64,000 nt of DNA, taken from IMG/VR virus record IMGVR_UViG_3300031857_000027. The stretch is one strand, 5' to 3'. Position 1 is the first letter of the stretch. Every line of letters begins with the position of its first letter. Below are positions 46,466-56,600 of the stretch, in pieces. A program made the position numbers and the translations under genes. This stretch comes from a virus. A model generated the notes under the pieces. The model was given only the letters and a program-made list of their open reading frames with translations, did no database searches and was not told the origin of the DNA.

Positions 46466-49111
46466 TTATGTCCATTTGATAATGACAACACCTGAACCAC
46501 CACTTCCTGTCGATTCTCCAGTTGGATTATTACCACCACCACCGCCACCACCAGTGTTATTATTCGCACTTGTAGCATTTATGACTGTTGGACTGTATGG
46601 ATAACCGCCCTGTTTTTGACCAGCACCAGCACCAAAAGGAGTTCCGACTAATACACCATATGGAGCATAACCTCCACCGCCGGCTTGAACGCCTTGTGGA
46701 TATGCACCTCCACCACCACCAGCATATGCAGTATTAGCACCAGAAATTGATGAGAATAGACCGACTGCACCATTGGCGCCAGACCAAGTGGGTACGCTTC
46801 CTGCGCCACCGCCACCACCTCCTAATCTATCCGCACCAGACGGTGAAAATAAACCATTGGAGCCACCACCACCTTCGGCAGGTGAATATCCACCAGCATT
46901 TCCTGGACCACCAGAACCACCTGAATTACCACTGCCGCCACCTCCAGATCCACCGGAACTACCATTAACGTTAGTGGGTCCAGAACTACCTCCAGCCGGT
47001 CCTCCTGCTCCACCCGTACCACCACCTGACGACCAAATAGCAGGAAATGGTGATGATGACCAAATTCCTGAATTCGAACCATTTGCACCAGTAACACCAT
47101 ATGAAGTGGTACCGGCACCACCTGCACCAACAACAATTACGTGAGATGCACCAGGTGTTACAGAAGTGCCTGAACCTGTTCTAAAACCACCAGCACCACC
47201 ACCTCCAGCCGCATAGCCACCAGCACCAGCACCACCACCAGCAACCACAAGATAATCAATACTAGTTACACCATCCGGCACACTCCATGTAGTGGTGTTA
47301 GAAAAGATTGCAACTTTGTTTTGTATTGCTGAGATTTTGATGACAGCAAAACCTGAGGCGCCTGATCCTCCAGAAGAAGACCAACTTGGACCTGCACCGC
47401 CGCCGCCGCCACCGCCGCCGGTTGAATTATTGGCATTTCGACCAGTAGCACCAGAAGAAGGTCCACCAAGTCCATTACCTGCGCCATATGGTGTTCCTAA
47501 CCAAGGTGCGCCCGAAGAGTATAATGCGTAGCCTGCACCACCAAAAGACATAAAGCCATCATAAGAACCACCACCACCGCCGCCAGCATATGCAACATTA
47601 GAACCTGATAATGATGAAAATATTCCTATACCACCATTACCACCAGATGGTGCAGTACCAGATTGTCCTACACCGCCAGCGCCACCACCACCACCAGTGC
47701 CGTAATTGCCAAAACCAGCGTAACTATCACCACCGTTAAAACCTTGTCCCGGTGTGCCTCGGCCGGATGGACCAATCGGTGATCCGGGAGATACTTGACC
47801 ACCGCCACCAGAGCCACCAGAATTTCCCCATGTTGCAACTCCAGGCGATTGACCACCGCCACCACCTCCACCTATTGCAATTAAAATCTCAGCATTTGCC
47901 GTATTGCCAGCGGATAAAACAGTGCTTGTTCCATTAGAACCTTTAACACTAGCTGGCGACCCAGGACCACCAACTCCACCACTACCAATTCGAATTGTAT
48001 AGATTTGATTAGGTCCTACTGCATAACCTGTGCCTTGTAGAACACCACCAGCACCACCGCCACCACCGGAACCACCGCCACCGCCGCCACCGCCCGCAAC
48101 TAAAAAATAATCAATTGTGGTGACACCATTAGGTATTATAAATTGACTTGTGTTTGCGAAAACGAATGTTTGATTTGAAATTTCACCATATCTCCATTTA
48201 AGAATAACAACACCTGAACCACCGGAACCACCGGTAGCAGGTGCGGGCGAACCACCATATCCACCCCCACCGCCTCCACCACCTGTAGAATTATTGCCCG
48301 AAACACCAGGATTTATACTGAGAGCATGAATCCCACCATTACCACCTCCAGTTGTGTTAGCACCTGAACCACTATTACTTCCACCTCCACCGCCAGCATA
48401 TCCTGTATTAGCACCTGTGATTGTTGAAAATATTCCGACACCACCTCTACCACCACCACTACCACCGCCGATGGTGCCAGGCGAACCACCTCCTGCGGCG
48501 CCGGCGCCACCACCACCACCGTAAGGGGCTCCACCATTATTACCTTGTCCAGGCGTTCCTAATCCACCCACTGGGCTTGACCCAGCACCGCCACCAGAAC
48601 CACCAGATCGATTGCCGGCCCCAAGAAACCCACCACCACCGCCAATAGCCCAAGATACTATTGTATTTCCCGTAGCAGTATTAAAAATCCCCGAATTCGA
48701 ACCATTACTACCACTGGTGCCACCAACACCTCCCGCACCACCAGCACCAACGACAACTGTATATTGTGCAGTCGGAGTTACTGATATATTTGGACTTGCA
48801 AGATAACCACCAGCACCACCGCCACCACCCCAATCGACAGCCGGCTGATACCCACTACCACCGCCACCACCACCGACAACAAGATACTCAACACTTGTTA
48901 CACCTATAGGCACAGTCCAAGTTGAACTTTCTGAGAATATTTGAACACCATTAAAAATTCCAGACGGCACTTCCTCTGGCCATATACCAGCAAGTCTTGC
49001 TATTTGTGCTTCACTTAAAGACCAAATTCCTGTGGCGGTACCTTGCCCAATACCACCACCAGTGGTTAGGTTTCGTGTGCCAATAATTCCGCCATTAAAT
49101 CCCTTAGCCAT
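46466..49111 (-). CDS. Glycine-rich putative adhesin with three polyglycine domains; paralogue of 35851-38298
   Basis: Same three-repeat layout; N-terminal NGGIIG...ATGIWSLSE segment. Confidence 0.7.
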   Translation of the reverse strand: MAKGFNGGIIGTRNLTTGGGIGQGTATGIWSLSEAQIARLAGIWPEEVPSGIFNGVQIFSESSTWTVPIGVTSVEYLVVGGGGGGSGYQPAVDWGGGGGAGGYLASPNISVTPTAQYTVVVGAGGAGGVGGTSGSNGSNSGIFNTATGNTIVSWAIGGGGGFLGAGNRSGGSGGGAGSSPVGGLGTPGQGNNGGAPYGGGGGAGAAGGGSPGTIGGGSGGGRGGVGIFSTITGANTGYAGGGGGSNSGSGANTTGGGNGGIHALSINPGVSGNNSTGGGGGGGGYGGSPAPATGGSGGSGVVILKWRYGEISNQTFVFANTSQFIIPNGVTTIDYFLVAGGGGGGGGSGGGGGAGGVLQGTGYAVGPNQIYTIRIGSGGVGGPGSPASVKGSNGTSTVLSAGNTANAEILIAIGGGGGGGQSPGVATWGNSGGSGGGGQVSPGSPIGPSGRGTPGQGFNGGDSYAGFGNYGTGGGGGAGGVGQSGTAPSGGNGGIGIFSSLSGSNVAYAGGGGGGSYDGFMSFGGAGYALYSSGAPWLGTPYGAGNGLGGPSSGATGRNANNSTGGGGGGGGAGPSWSSSGGSGASGFAVIKISAIQNKVAIFSNTTTWSVPDGVTSIDYLVVAGGGAGAGGYAAGGGGAGGFRTGSGTSVTPGASHVIVVGAGGAGTTSYGVTGANGSNSGIWSSSPFPAIWSSGGGTGGAGGPAGGSSGPTNVNGSSGGSGGGGSGNSGGSGGPGNAGGYSPAEGGGGSNGLFSPSGADRLGGGGGGAGSVPTWSGANGAVGLFSSISGANTAYAGGGGGAYPQGVQAGGGGYAPYGVLVGTPFGAGAGQKQGGYPYSPTVINATSANNNTGGGGGGGNNPTGESTGSGGSGVVIIKWT

Positions 49112-49494
49112 TAACTAATTTCCTCAAACGATGAGATAAAGTGTAAACGATTATTTGCATCAGCCCTGACTCTGATGTTATCACCTTCTTCCAAGTAAAG
49201 TGATTTTGACAGAATATCAAGTGATGATTTGGCAGGTACAGTAACTACATTTGCAATTGCATAAACTGAGTTGCCAACACCTGTGCTTGTGTTTTGTGCG
49301 CCAAATTTAAACAGTTCAACCGATACGTTACCAGAATTGGATCCGTCAACATTAGACACAATCAGTGTATTAACCTTAAACACTTTATTTGAGTTGACAG
49401 GATTAACAATCACTGACGATGAAACTGTCGTAACGTTGGCGACGTTACTTTTACCTCTGATATCTGTTACGCTAACAATGTTTGGCGCTGCCAT
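49111..49494 (-). CDS. Small beta-sandwich adaptor protein (MAAPNIV type)
   Basis: MAAPNIV...K(V)NTLIVSNVDG...VPAKSSL...LYLEEGD...SFEEIS. Confidence 0.7.
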   Translation of the reverse strand: MAAPNIVSVTDIRGKSNVANVTTVSSSVIVNPVNSNKVFKVNTLIVSNVDGSNSGNVSVELFKFGAQNTSTGVGNSVYAIANVVTVPAKSSLDILSKSLYLEEGDNIRVRADANNRLHFISSFEEIS

Positions 49495-49497
49495 TTA

Positions 49498-49950
49498 TTA
49501 ACCTCCGAATATGATCGAACTTACAATGCCCGAACTTGAAATTTTTAAATTTGCTTCCGCTGAAAAATTATTTGATGAAATTGCATTTGTTGTAATCAAA
49601 TTTCCAGTAATTTGACCAGCAACAATATTATTCGCACGAATAGCATTTACTGCCATCTTTGTGCCAGTAACCGAACCATCAGATGGAACTTGAGTTGATG
49701 AGCCAGCACCTAAATGATGAATAACAATGTTATTTACTCCCGTGGCAGGCGCAGAAGTAAAAATAATTAAATCACCGTTTAATATATAATCAACATTGGG
49801 TACTTTATACAAACCACCAATGAAAACTGCAATTGCAGCAACTCCAGCCGGGGCTCTAATCAACGGTCCAAAAGTTGTAGTTGCATCATCACCACTGTAG
49901 ATATTAACTACATGTGGTACTGAAGTTACTTGATTGCCAATATATGACAT
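49498..49950 (-). CDS. Fibre linker protein (MSYIGN type)
   Basis: MSYIGN start, GD..TTTF domain, PSDGSVT pentapeptides, terminal SSIIFGG. Confidence 0.7.
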   Translation of the reverse strand: MSYIGNQVTSVPHVVNIYSGDDATTTFGPLIRAPAGVAAIAVFIGGLYKVPNVDYILNGDLIIFTSAPATGVNNIVIHHLGAGSSTQVPSDGSVTGTKMAVNAIRANNIVAGQITGNLITTNAISSNNFSAEANLKISSSGIVSSIIFGG

Positions 49951-49961
49951 TTAATTTCCTA

Positions 49962-50381
49962 TTATTCGTATGTCGGTCTTACTGGTGGTTCACCTGCTGG
50001 TGTGGGAAACTTGTCATTGATTTCTTTGATTGACTCATAGAACTTTGTTCCCTTGCCTGGAATTTCACTGTTATCCATTGCTTCCCATAAATTGTTTACT
50101 ATAGTTACAATATCAGGATAGTTTGCAGCACGATCAATAAAGTGCTGCCAGTATTCAATAAACTTATTCTGATATTCCAATTCTTTAAAAATCTCTTCTT
50201 TAGTTGGTGGTTTTGTTCCCGCCTCGTCTTCCCATCTTGTAAACTCAAAATGACCACCAGATGCAGACATATCATATCTTGCACTTGGTCTGAGTGCTTT
50301 AATTGCAGTGTCAATACCACATACAAGTTTGTTGTTGTTTCCTACCAAATATTGTGCATAAGAAATTTGTTCGTTATTCAT
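49962..50381 (-). CDS. Putative tail fibre assembly protein (XkdW-like)
   Basis: AIKALRP.A, W.....KPPTKEEI, R...YP and I..K(F)P pattern. Confidence 0.5.
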   Translation of the reverse strand: MNNEQISYAQYLVGNNNKLVCGIDTAIKALRPSARYDMSASGGHFEFTRWEDEAGTKPPTKEEIFKELEYQNKFIEYWQHFIDRAANYPDIVTIVNNLWEAMDNSEIPGKGTKFYESIKEINDKFPTPAGEPPVRPTYE

Positions 50382-50409
50382 TCAATCACCTCTAATTAAA
50401 TAAAAGTAT

Positions 50410-51327
50410 TTATTGTAAAAAAGTTATAGTACCAGAGCCAGTAAATTGATATAACCAAGATGAGCCTAAGTTAGTTTCGGTTGCGCTACCTGTCGTGCTT
50501 GATGCCCTAATTACACTTTTAAATATAACAACTCCACTTGCTCCAGATAATACTGTAGGACCCACAATACCACCATCGCAACCACCAGCACCGCCACCAC
50601 GATTTGCTAACGGTGCTGATGCATTTGCAGCACCACCTGGAGCATTTTGAGTTCCGGCTCCACCACTACCGATACCAGCACCCCCTGCTCCATATGTAAG
50701 AGATGAACCTGTAATTGCGCTAGATATTCCCACTCCACCAGCACCACCAACATAACTAGGAAAACCACCTGCACCACCCGCACCACCCGCACCACCTCCA
50801 CCACCAGAAGCAGAAGCAGAAGATGGATTGGCAGAGCCGCCTCCACCATTATTACCTAATGGCGGATAGCCTGCTGCACCCGTAGCAAAAACACCATTCC
50901 ATTGTGGTTGTGCGTAACCACCGCCACCCGAACCACCAGGCAGTGCTGATCTTAAAGATCCGTTACCAATTTGGACTGGATATCCAAAAAATGCCCCACG
51001 ACCACCACCATCACAAACAACATTTGACCAAACAGCCGGATTATTAAATGTAATTGAAGAGTTTGAACCGGATGATGAACCTGAACCACCACCACCAACT
51101 GTTACTTGAAGCACTGCTCCAACAGCAGGAAAGGCTAAACCTGTTCTTAAACCACCACCGCCACCACCGCCACCTTGTGCATAGATGTTTTGACCAGACC
51201 CATCATAACTTCCACCACCACCTGCTAAAACGAGATATTCAATAAAAGACGGTTGAGTAATACCCAAAGAAGGACCCGTCATTCTTCTAAGTGTTACTCT
51301 ATTTGCGGTGATTCTATTTAAAGCCAT
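50410..51327 (-). CDS. Glycine-rich putative adhesin, single domain
   Basis: IEYLVLAGGGG...GASGVVI...YQFTGSGTITF. Confidence 0.7.
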   Translation of the reverse strand: MALNRITANRVTLRRMTGPSLGITQPSFIEYLVLAGGGGSYDGSGQNIYAQGGGGGGGGLRTGLAFPAVGAVLQVTVGGGGSGSSSGSNSSITFNNPAVWSNVVCDGGGRGAFFGYPVQIGNGSLRSALPGGSGGGGYAQPQWNGVFATGAAGYPPLGNNGGGGSANPSSASASGGGGGAGGAGGAGGFPSYVGGAGGVGISSAITGSSLTYGAGGAGIGSGGAGTQNAPGGAANASAPLANRGGGAGGCDGGIVGPTVLSGASGVVIFKSVIRASSTTGSATETNLGSSWLYQFTGSGTITFLQ

Positions 51328-51339
51328 TCAAAACTCCAG

Positions 51340-51678
51340 TTAATAAATCTCTGTACCAAAAGCCGAAAAACTCATTAATGAACTATTTGCATTTACCGAA
51401 ATGTTTGAACCAGCATTCATTGTAATGCCAAGTGTTAGTGTAATTGAATCTCTGGCGGGGCAATTCACACGGTATGCAATATAGTTTGTGTTAGAAACTG
51501 CAACACCAGAAACATTCACAGCAATGCTAAATGAGTTTCCAACACCATCGGATTCATTTAAATTAGCAATTGTAATTGATGAGATAATTGCGGAATTACC
51601 AACAGGAACCCGATAAAGATTTGTCAACGTATTGGCTGTTGGATTTGACTGCCCTAAAATTCTATATGATCTTGCCAT
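51340..51678 (-). CDS. Small beta-sandwich adaptor protein (MARSYRILGQ type)
   Basis: Y.ILGQ.NP.A...T.LY.VP, SSITIAN, LTLGIT and FSAFGTEI. Confidence 0.7.
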   Translation of the reverse strand: MARSYRILGQSNPTANTLTNLYRVPVGNSAIISSITIANLNESDGVGNSFSIAVNVSGVAVSNTNYIAYRVNCPARDSITLTLGITMNAGSNISVNANSSLMSFSAFGTEIY

Positions 51679-51692
51679 TTGTTATTTTCCTT

Positions 51693-52181
51693 TTACATTC
51701 CACCAAACAAAAATGCATCATCAAAAATGTCTGGTGGGGACACAATGTTGTTACCACTAACCGCATTGTTTGCTATTAAATTACCAGTAATTTGAGTCAC
51801 TCCAATTTTATTACCTAAAACAGCACCATCTGCGATTTTTGTTGTTGTGACTGCGCTAGTAGCAATTGCGGTTTCAGTTACAGCGCCAGGTAAAATTTGT
51901 GATGCTGAAATTTGATTATATGTAATTGCTACTGGTGCAAGATATCTGACAGTAATATTGTTAGTGCCAAGAGATGGTGCCTCATCAAATGTCATTAAAC
52001 CATTCGTCACAGTGTAAGATGTTGTTGGTGTTTGAATGACACCATTTACAACAACTTCAATATCATTGGCACTATCAATGTCTCTTGTTAAAGTAAATTG
52101 AGTGCAAGCACCTGTACCGTTAAAACTATCAACGGTTATTGTAAAAGCATTTACTTCAGGTTCGTTGCCAATGTATGACAT
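51693..52181 (-). CDS. Fibre linker protein (MSYIGN type)
   Basis: MSYIGNEP start, FNGTG..TQFTL domain, pentapeptide repeats, terminal DDAFLFGGM. Confidence 0.7.
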   Translation of the reverse strand: MSYIGNEPEVNAFTITVDSFNGTGACTQFTLTRDIDSANDIEVVVNGVIQTPTTSYTVTNGLMTFDEAPSLGTNNITVRYLAPVAITYNQISASQILPGAVTETAIATSAVTTTKIADGAVLGNKIGVTQITGNLIANNAVSGNNIVSPPDIFDDAFLFGGM

Positions 52182-52516
52182 TAGGAAATCTCCAGAACTG
52201 AAGCAATGACATCAGCGGAAGATGCTACAGATGTATTTACTGCTAAGTAATCTCCTGCTTCCAACACAAGTTTTTGATCGCCACCAATAGGTACTAATGC
52301 ACCACCGGGAGCAATCGTAGCACTCTGAACCAAATACACGTTCGGTGCGGCAGCACCAGCGCAGGTTAAAATAACGTTTGCAGCGATTGGTGAACTTGTA
52401 ATGTTAGCGATTGTCATACCGATAACTGTGGCTTGCACACCAGCAGCAGCCGCATATACGTTCTGAGCAGTCGTTCCTGCCGCTTTGAGAACACTGTTTT
52501 TAAAATTGTTAGCCAT
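52181..52516 (-). CDS. Small beta-sandwich adaptor protein (MANNFKN type)
   Basis: MAN.FKN, TVIGMTIAN, KLVLEAGD and SVLEIS. Confidence 0.7.
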   Translation of the reverse strand: MANNFKNSVLKAAGTTAQNVYAAAAGVQATVIGMTIANITSSPIAANVILTCAGAAAPNVYLVQSATIAPGGALVPIGGDQKLVLEAGDYLAVNTSVASSADVIASVLEIS

Positions 52517-52545
52517 TAAATCCTCTGTTTTTCTTCAGTATTTAT

Positions 52546-53406
52546 TTAACCTAAGGCAATCGCAAATGCAATTGATGAGTCAATTGCTGCTGAAATTGTG
52601 CCATAAATTGCAGTATTTGCTTGACCCACCAAGAGTGTAATGTTACCTGTGCTTGTATTTAAGTTTGCTGCATTAACAGAACCAGCAACACTTAAATCAT
52701 CAAATCCAAGTGAGTCTAAAGTAACGTTACCAGATATTGATAGATTACCATAAATGAATGCATCACCACCGACCGCCAGATTGCTTGTGATATTTACACT
52801 TGCGGCATTACCCGTGAGTATTAATCCACTTGTGACGTTCAGTGTGGAGATATTCGCCAATGGCGCAACGATGCTACTACCAACATTCAGTGTCGTTGTA
52901 ACATTTGCCCTTGTAATATTACCAGATATAGTTACATTTGAAGCAAACGTATTTCCAACAACAACTAAAGTTTGAGCAATATTTGCATTACCTGCCACAG
53001 CCAAATCATTAAAACCAATGGCATCTAAAGTCGTATTACCTGAAATGGTCAGATTACCGTGTAAGAATGTATCACCACCAACAAACAATCTATTAGTAAC
53101 ATTAACCGAAGTTATGTTTGCGATTACGTTAGCATTTCTACCAATCGTTATATCTCTAGGTACCGTAACATCATTGTCTAAGAAAAGAACATTAGCAAGA
53201 TTTGCGGTGTTTGCTCTTAGTGTATTAATGTTTGCTAATGTGCGAACATTCAGAGAAGCAGCAGAACCTTCGATAAAAATCGAAGAGTTCATCACAAAAC
53301 CACCGCCCGTATTATCGGTCAGATTATTTGCAACCGCAACAAGAGTAGATGTTGTGGTTAGCCACTCTTCAAAAGTATTGGCTGTTGAAAGTTGATCTAT
53401 TGCCAT
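52546..53406 (-). CDS. Asn-rich short fibre / beta-helix protein
   Basis: N-terminal NTFEEW...T, repeated GNLTISGN units, terminal IAFAIALG. Confidence 0.65.
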   Translation of the reverse strand: MAIDQLSTANTFEEWLTTTSTLVAVANNLTDNTGGGFVMNSSIFIEGSAASLNVRTLANINTLRANTANLANVLFLDNDVTVPRDITIGRNANVIANITSVNVTNRLFVGGDTFLHGNLTISGNTTLDAIGFNDLAVAGNANIAQTLVVVGNTFASNVTISGNITRANVTTTLNVGSSIVAPLANISTLNVTSGLILTGNAASVNITSNLAVGGDAFIYGNLSISGNVTLDSLGFDDLSVAGSVNAANLNTSTGNITLLVGQANTAIYGTISAAIDSSIAFAIALG

Positions 53407-53407
53407 C

Positions 53408-53629
53408 TTATGTTCTCGTTACAAGTTGTTGAAGAAGATTCTTAATTTCTGATATGTCATCTTCTAATTTATTTACTTTATTTTCCAGTGTTTGCTTCTC
53501 TTGTAGTTCTTTTAATTTTTGTTCTCTTTCTGCATAATAAAGGGCAAATTCTTCCTTGTTGACATTCAGAAGTGCTTTACTTTCTGTGTCACGATAAAAA
53601 TTTTGATTGTCTTTTATTTGAACAAACAT
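53408..53629 (-). CDS. Small conserved coiled-coil virion-associated protein
   Basis: RDTESKALLN and L..DISEIK.LL motifs; typically follows VrlC-like genes. Confidence 0.7.
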   Translation of the reverse strand: MFVQIKDNQNFYRDTESKALLNVNKEEFALYYAEREQKLKELQEKQTLENKVNKLEDDISEIKNLLQQLVTRT

Positions 53630-53631
53630 AT

Positions 53632-56600
53632 TTAAACCGTAGCCTCTGGCAAAGCAACAACACGTAATTGAGAAACTAAAGGCACATTAACTGTGCTTGA
53701 ACCAAACATAACTATCTTAATTGCAAATGACATAAAGTCTTTATATTCAACACCATTAGCACCAGTGTATCTTACTCTATTATTTGGGATACCTGACCCA
53801 TAAGTTCCTGGAGCAAAGATCACTTCAAAAAAATCACCTCTGCCATTAGAAACGGCATTGAGTGATGTTGAGTTTTCTGTCATTAATTGATAATTGTTGT
53901 CATCGAATTCAGAAGAATCTGATTCAGAAAGTAACTTGTAATACACAAGAATTCCTGAACCCGGTGGGCGATAAATGTCCATATACACACGTAAATCGCC
54001 AGCATCAAAACCAGGAGCAAGTTTCACACGTTTCGTAATATAACGAATATTTGAATTACCCCCTGACGATTTATCTTCACCATTATACACTGCGGTAGCA
54101 CCCGAACCACTACCACCAGAAATTGTCAATATTGGTGAAGTATAATAACCTGAACCTGGATTAGTTAATTCAAGTCGAACAATTTTATCTCCATCGGTTA
54201 CTGCTCTTGCAGCGGCACCACGATCATCGTTTGTTCCATCTGGGTAAGTAAACGTTACGCTTCCATTTGTTGTGTAGCCAGAACCTTGATTTACAACGAT
54301 AAACCCTGTATTTTGTAACTCCATATTATTGATTCTATTTTCAATCGTCAGAAGGTTTAGACGAGTGATATCAATCATTGGAGAAACATCTGGATTATTT
54401 GTTGTAAGTGTAGTTCTTACTAAAAACGTGGTATTTCCTGTGGTTTTATTAAGAATTCTTCTACCAAAACCATCATCACAACTATAGTCTCTATTTTTGA
54501 TTAAAGGTAAAAGTTCATGAGTTCCGCCTGTGTTAAGTTCAGAAATGAACTCATAAGAAACATCAGCACCCGATAGAGTTGCATCTGTAGACATAAGTTG
54601 GAAAGTATCAAAAACAGTATTTGCCGAATAATCTGTCATATCAACTTCAAAGAAGCCTTGTCCAGTACCATTTGTAAACACTCTTTTCTGAATACTAAAC
54701 ATGATGTCTTGTTCTTGATCGGCAGTCCAAGTAGAACCGTTTTGTGATAAGAACAGAGACCCTGTATAAGGTTGTTCTGAAATCTTCACAGTAGTTCGAA
54801 TATCGGTTGCACCAATTTGAGCAATATAACACTCATATCCATTACTATTTGAAACAAGTACAAATGAATGTTCTCCTGGTAGTAACAATATTGGAACATC
54901 AAATTTAAACTCAGTGTATTTGTTTGAATCTGTTACATCAGGATTATCAGTTATTGTTACTTGATCTGGAGTCAGAGTTTTTTCGGCATATGGATAAACC
55001 ACAGCAGAAGAAGGGTACCCGTTATCAACTGGTCGGATTTGACAAGTCACTGGAGCAGATATGTCTTTTGTTTTAAAGCAAACACGAACAGAATCAATCA
55101 CGATACCTTGTGGATATTGATTTGGATTAATCAGGAATGTTTGTGCAAGAGGATCGTAGTATCCAATAACAACGTTGTTCCTTCTAGTTGTAACGACCGA
55201 TGATTTAATTGAAGTAACTGTCTCTGTTGTGGATTCATTTACGGTTGATCTTGAAACAGTAGGAGTAAAGACTGTAACAGAAGTTGATTGTTTAGTATCT
55301 ACTTGACCCTGTGACAAAAACTTCGCATCTCCATTTGTTCTGGAGTTTTCAAGGTTATTAAACGCATCATCAATTAAGCGTAAAACTTTTTCACCCGTTC
55401 TAAACACATCTGCGGGTAAAAAGAAAATAGCGGCTGTTGTGCCTTCTTTTGTTGTCTCTAAATCTCCTATTGTATAAACAGAAGTTGAATCTGGATTAGT
55501 TGTCCAAGTTCCATTAATTGTTGCAACACGTGTAGAAGAATCATATGAACTTATTGTAACAGACTGTCCCTTACCTGTTCCAGCAAGAATTAGAATTCTC
55601 TTATTCACATAATCGGCAGCATTAGTAGCACCACCAGCAGAAAGAGCAAGTGTGATTGTAGTAGCCGAACCAGCAAGAGCAATACCTGTTTGGTGATACC
55701 ATTTGTCTGCTCTATATGTTCTTCCTGTAATATCACCTTTAACCCAAATACCATTTGTTGCACACTGATCCCAAGAACCAAACGATGCTGATGGTTGCAT
55801 ATTTACAGAGAACAAATTGTTATTTGAGGTCAATGCTGCACCACCAATTCCAATTACTGTGTCTGTGCTTAAAAGTTCTGTGTTTGAAGATGCTCTATAA
55901 AAAGTTACAGTTTCAGAATTTGAAATTGTTGTTTGATATTGCAAGTTATTTTGAACCATCTCAAAACGATTTACTTTTGCAATTTTATCATTAACATTTA
56001 CATTATCAAAAAATGCATTAAGTGTCGTAAACGGTTTGAATTTGCTACCTATAACCAATATGTTTCTTGCTCTCATAAACTGAACAATACTTACATCGAT
56101 CAATCTGTCACCAAAAGATTGGGTAAGTTGTTTAGGTACAATTGTGCTAATAATATTGGTGCGTGTTTTGTCTAATGTTTCAGTTACAACTTCTTTTTTT
56201 CTTTCGGTAAAATCAACTGAGGCGGTGACCGCAATGAGGCCACCGCCAGTGGGTTTCCCACCACTGTTTTCGAATCCTTTTGCCCAACTATCATTACGAT
56301 CGGTGCCGTCTTTATTTACAACATTTATACCAAGAAGTTCTCTCTGACCAAATTCCACAGCCTCAACACCAACAACTTGAGTGTTCCAGTTGCCATAATC
56401 AGTAAACTTCATTGCTGACCATGCATCTGCTGCCTCAGCACCACCGGACAAATCAATATTTTGTGATTCTAAACGAGTTTCGGAACGCCAGACATCAGAA
56501 GGCGGGTCAAGAACAATTGACCCAATATAATTAACAATATTAAATGGGTTAATATTCATTGTTTTTGATGCTCTGTTCTGCACAACAAAAGGAGTAATTG

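Noticed and set aside
35851-52181. Diversity-generating retroelement (TR/VR pair) among the adhesin paralogues or the 38298/51693 repeat
   Set aside because: No reverse transcriptase in the window, and the differences are synonymous third-position changes rather than adenine-specific ones.
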